Notes under the pieces: model-generated
Database searches by the model: none
Told to the model about the DNA's origin: nothing
Seen by the model: the letters and a program-made list of their open reading frames with translations, nothing else
Shown here: one piece after another, positions 63,400 through 64,000 of the stretch
Position numbering within the stretch: position 1 is the first letter of the stretch
Layout of the letters: each line of letters opens with the position of its first letter
Position numbers and translations under genes: made by a program
DNA from: Lama glama
Taxonomy: Eukaryota
DNA length: 64,000 nucleotides
Assembly: GCA_028534125.1 (NCBI GenBank)
Contig: CM052817.1
Span: 44,952,001 to 45,016,000 of the forward strand
Reading direction: 5' to 3'

Positions 63400-64000
63400 A
63401 AACCACTCAGGCCTCGAGAGACTCGTAACAGACCCCAACTGCTCCTTCCTCTTGCCCAGACCTTTGTGTCAGTCACCGCAGCCCAAGGCCGAGCCACCGT
63501 CCTAAGCCTCGCGGAGCGGCCTCCGCCCAGGTGACCAGGCCCTTCTGAGGCCATGGCGCCCACAGGCCTCAGCCCAAGCCTTGCGCGGACACTGCAAGCC
63601 GGGGCCCGCTTGCGGCGTTCCACGGGAAGCGCGGCCTCCTTCATCCTGTGAGACCGGTGTGGGGACATGCAGGAGCAGAGGGGAGAGATCCCGAGGCGCA
63701 CAACCATTACCTTTACCCGCGACGAGCTTCTCGGCCGGATCAGCGCAGGCAGCAGAGACAACCCAGCAGAGGAACGAACCGTGCGAGCTGCTCTAGCTCC
63801 GACTACCGCTTCCCCACTGAAAGTTCTGGAAGCAGGCTGGTTGGGCATGCGCAGTGCGCGCGCCCCGAAGAGCCCGGTAGCGCCTCGCAGGCGCAGTGCG
63901 GAGCCAGGCCCAGAAGCTTCGTTCCCTGGCTTCTTCCCTCATTCCTGCGCGCGTGATGACTGAGCGCCTGCTGGGTGCTCAGCGCTGCGTTCAGTCGTGG
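63200..64000 (+). promoter_or_regulatory. CpG-island promoter, probably of SDAD1 (no coding sequence inside the window)
   Basis: Abrupt rise in GC and CpG content, with NRF1-like GCATGCGCA and GCAGGCGCA motifs at about 63845-63900. The SDAD1 assignment rests only on the conserved order CXCL11-CXCL10-CXCL9-SDAD1. Confidence 0.75.
63341..63397. repeat. (AAC)19 perfect microsatellite
   Basis: Direct count. Confidence 0.97.

Noticed and set aside
63129..63848. 239-aa minus-strand ORF with a poly-Cys run, plus overlapping + strand ORFs at 63581-63963
   Set aside because: The poly-Cys is simply the (AAC)19 repeat. Long open frames are expected in a stop-poor CpG island, and no protein is recognisable.

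Overview
This is a repeat-rich mammalian genomic window with two assembly gaps of exactly 500 N. The L1 3' ends, the pig-like CXCL10 protein, and the absence of ruminant, pig, primate or carnivore SINEs suggest a camelid (inference). The only protein-coding gene I can support is an intact four-exon CXCL10 on the + strand (CDS 43061-44593, 104 aa). It has the canonical ISRE/kB2/kB1/CCAAT/TATA promoter and a candidate kB+GAS+ISRE enhancer about 9.5 kb upstream. The window ends in a CpG-island promoter, probably SDAD1 by synteny. Most of the remainder is L1, L2, MIR, MaLR/ERV LTR and Tigger/Charlie repeats. Three observations stand out. (1) I find no trace of CXCL9 in the gap-free interval between CXCL10 and the CpG island, and no CXCL11 upstream (gaps are a caveat there), so the CXCR3-ligand cluster may be reduced to one gene. 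(2) The surviving CXCL10 has its conserved G|I/V-P processing site changed to E-M-L, which would disrupt both the usual signal-peptidase site and the DPP4/CD26 inactivation motif. (3) An old duplicated kB-containing module of about 200 bp occurs at about 50.4 kb and about 62.6 kb. All comparisons to other species are from memory and need alignment. Repeat boundaries and subfamily names were assigned by eye and are approximate.
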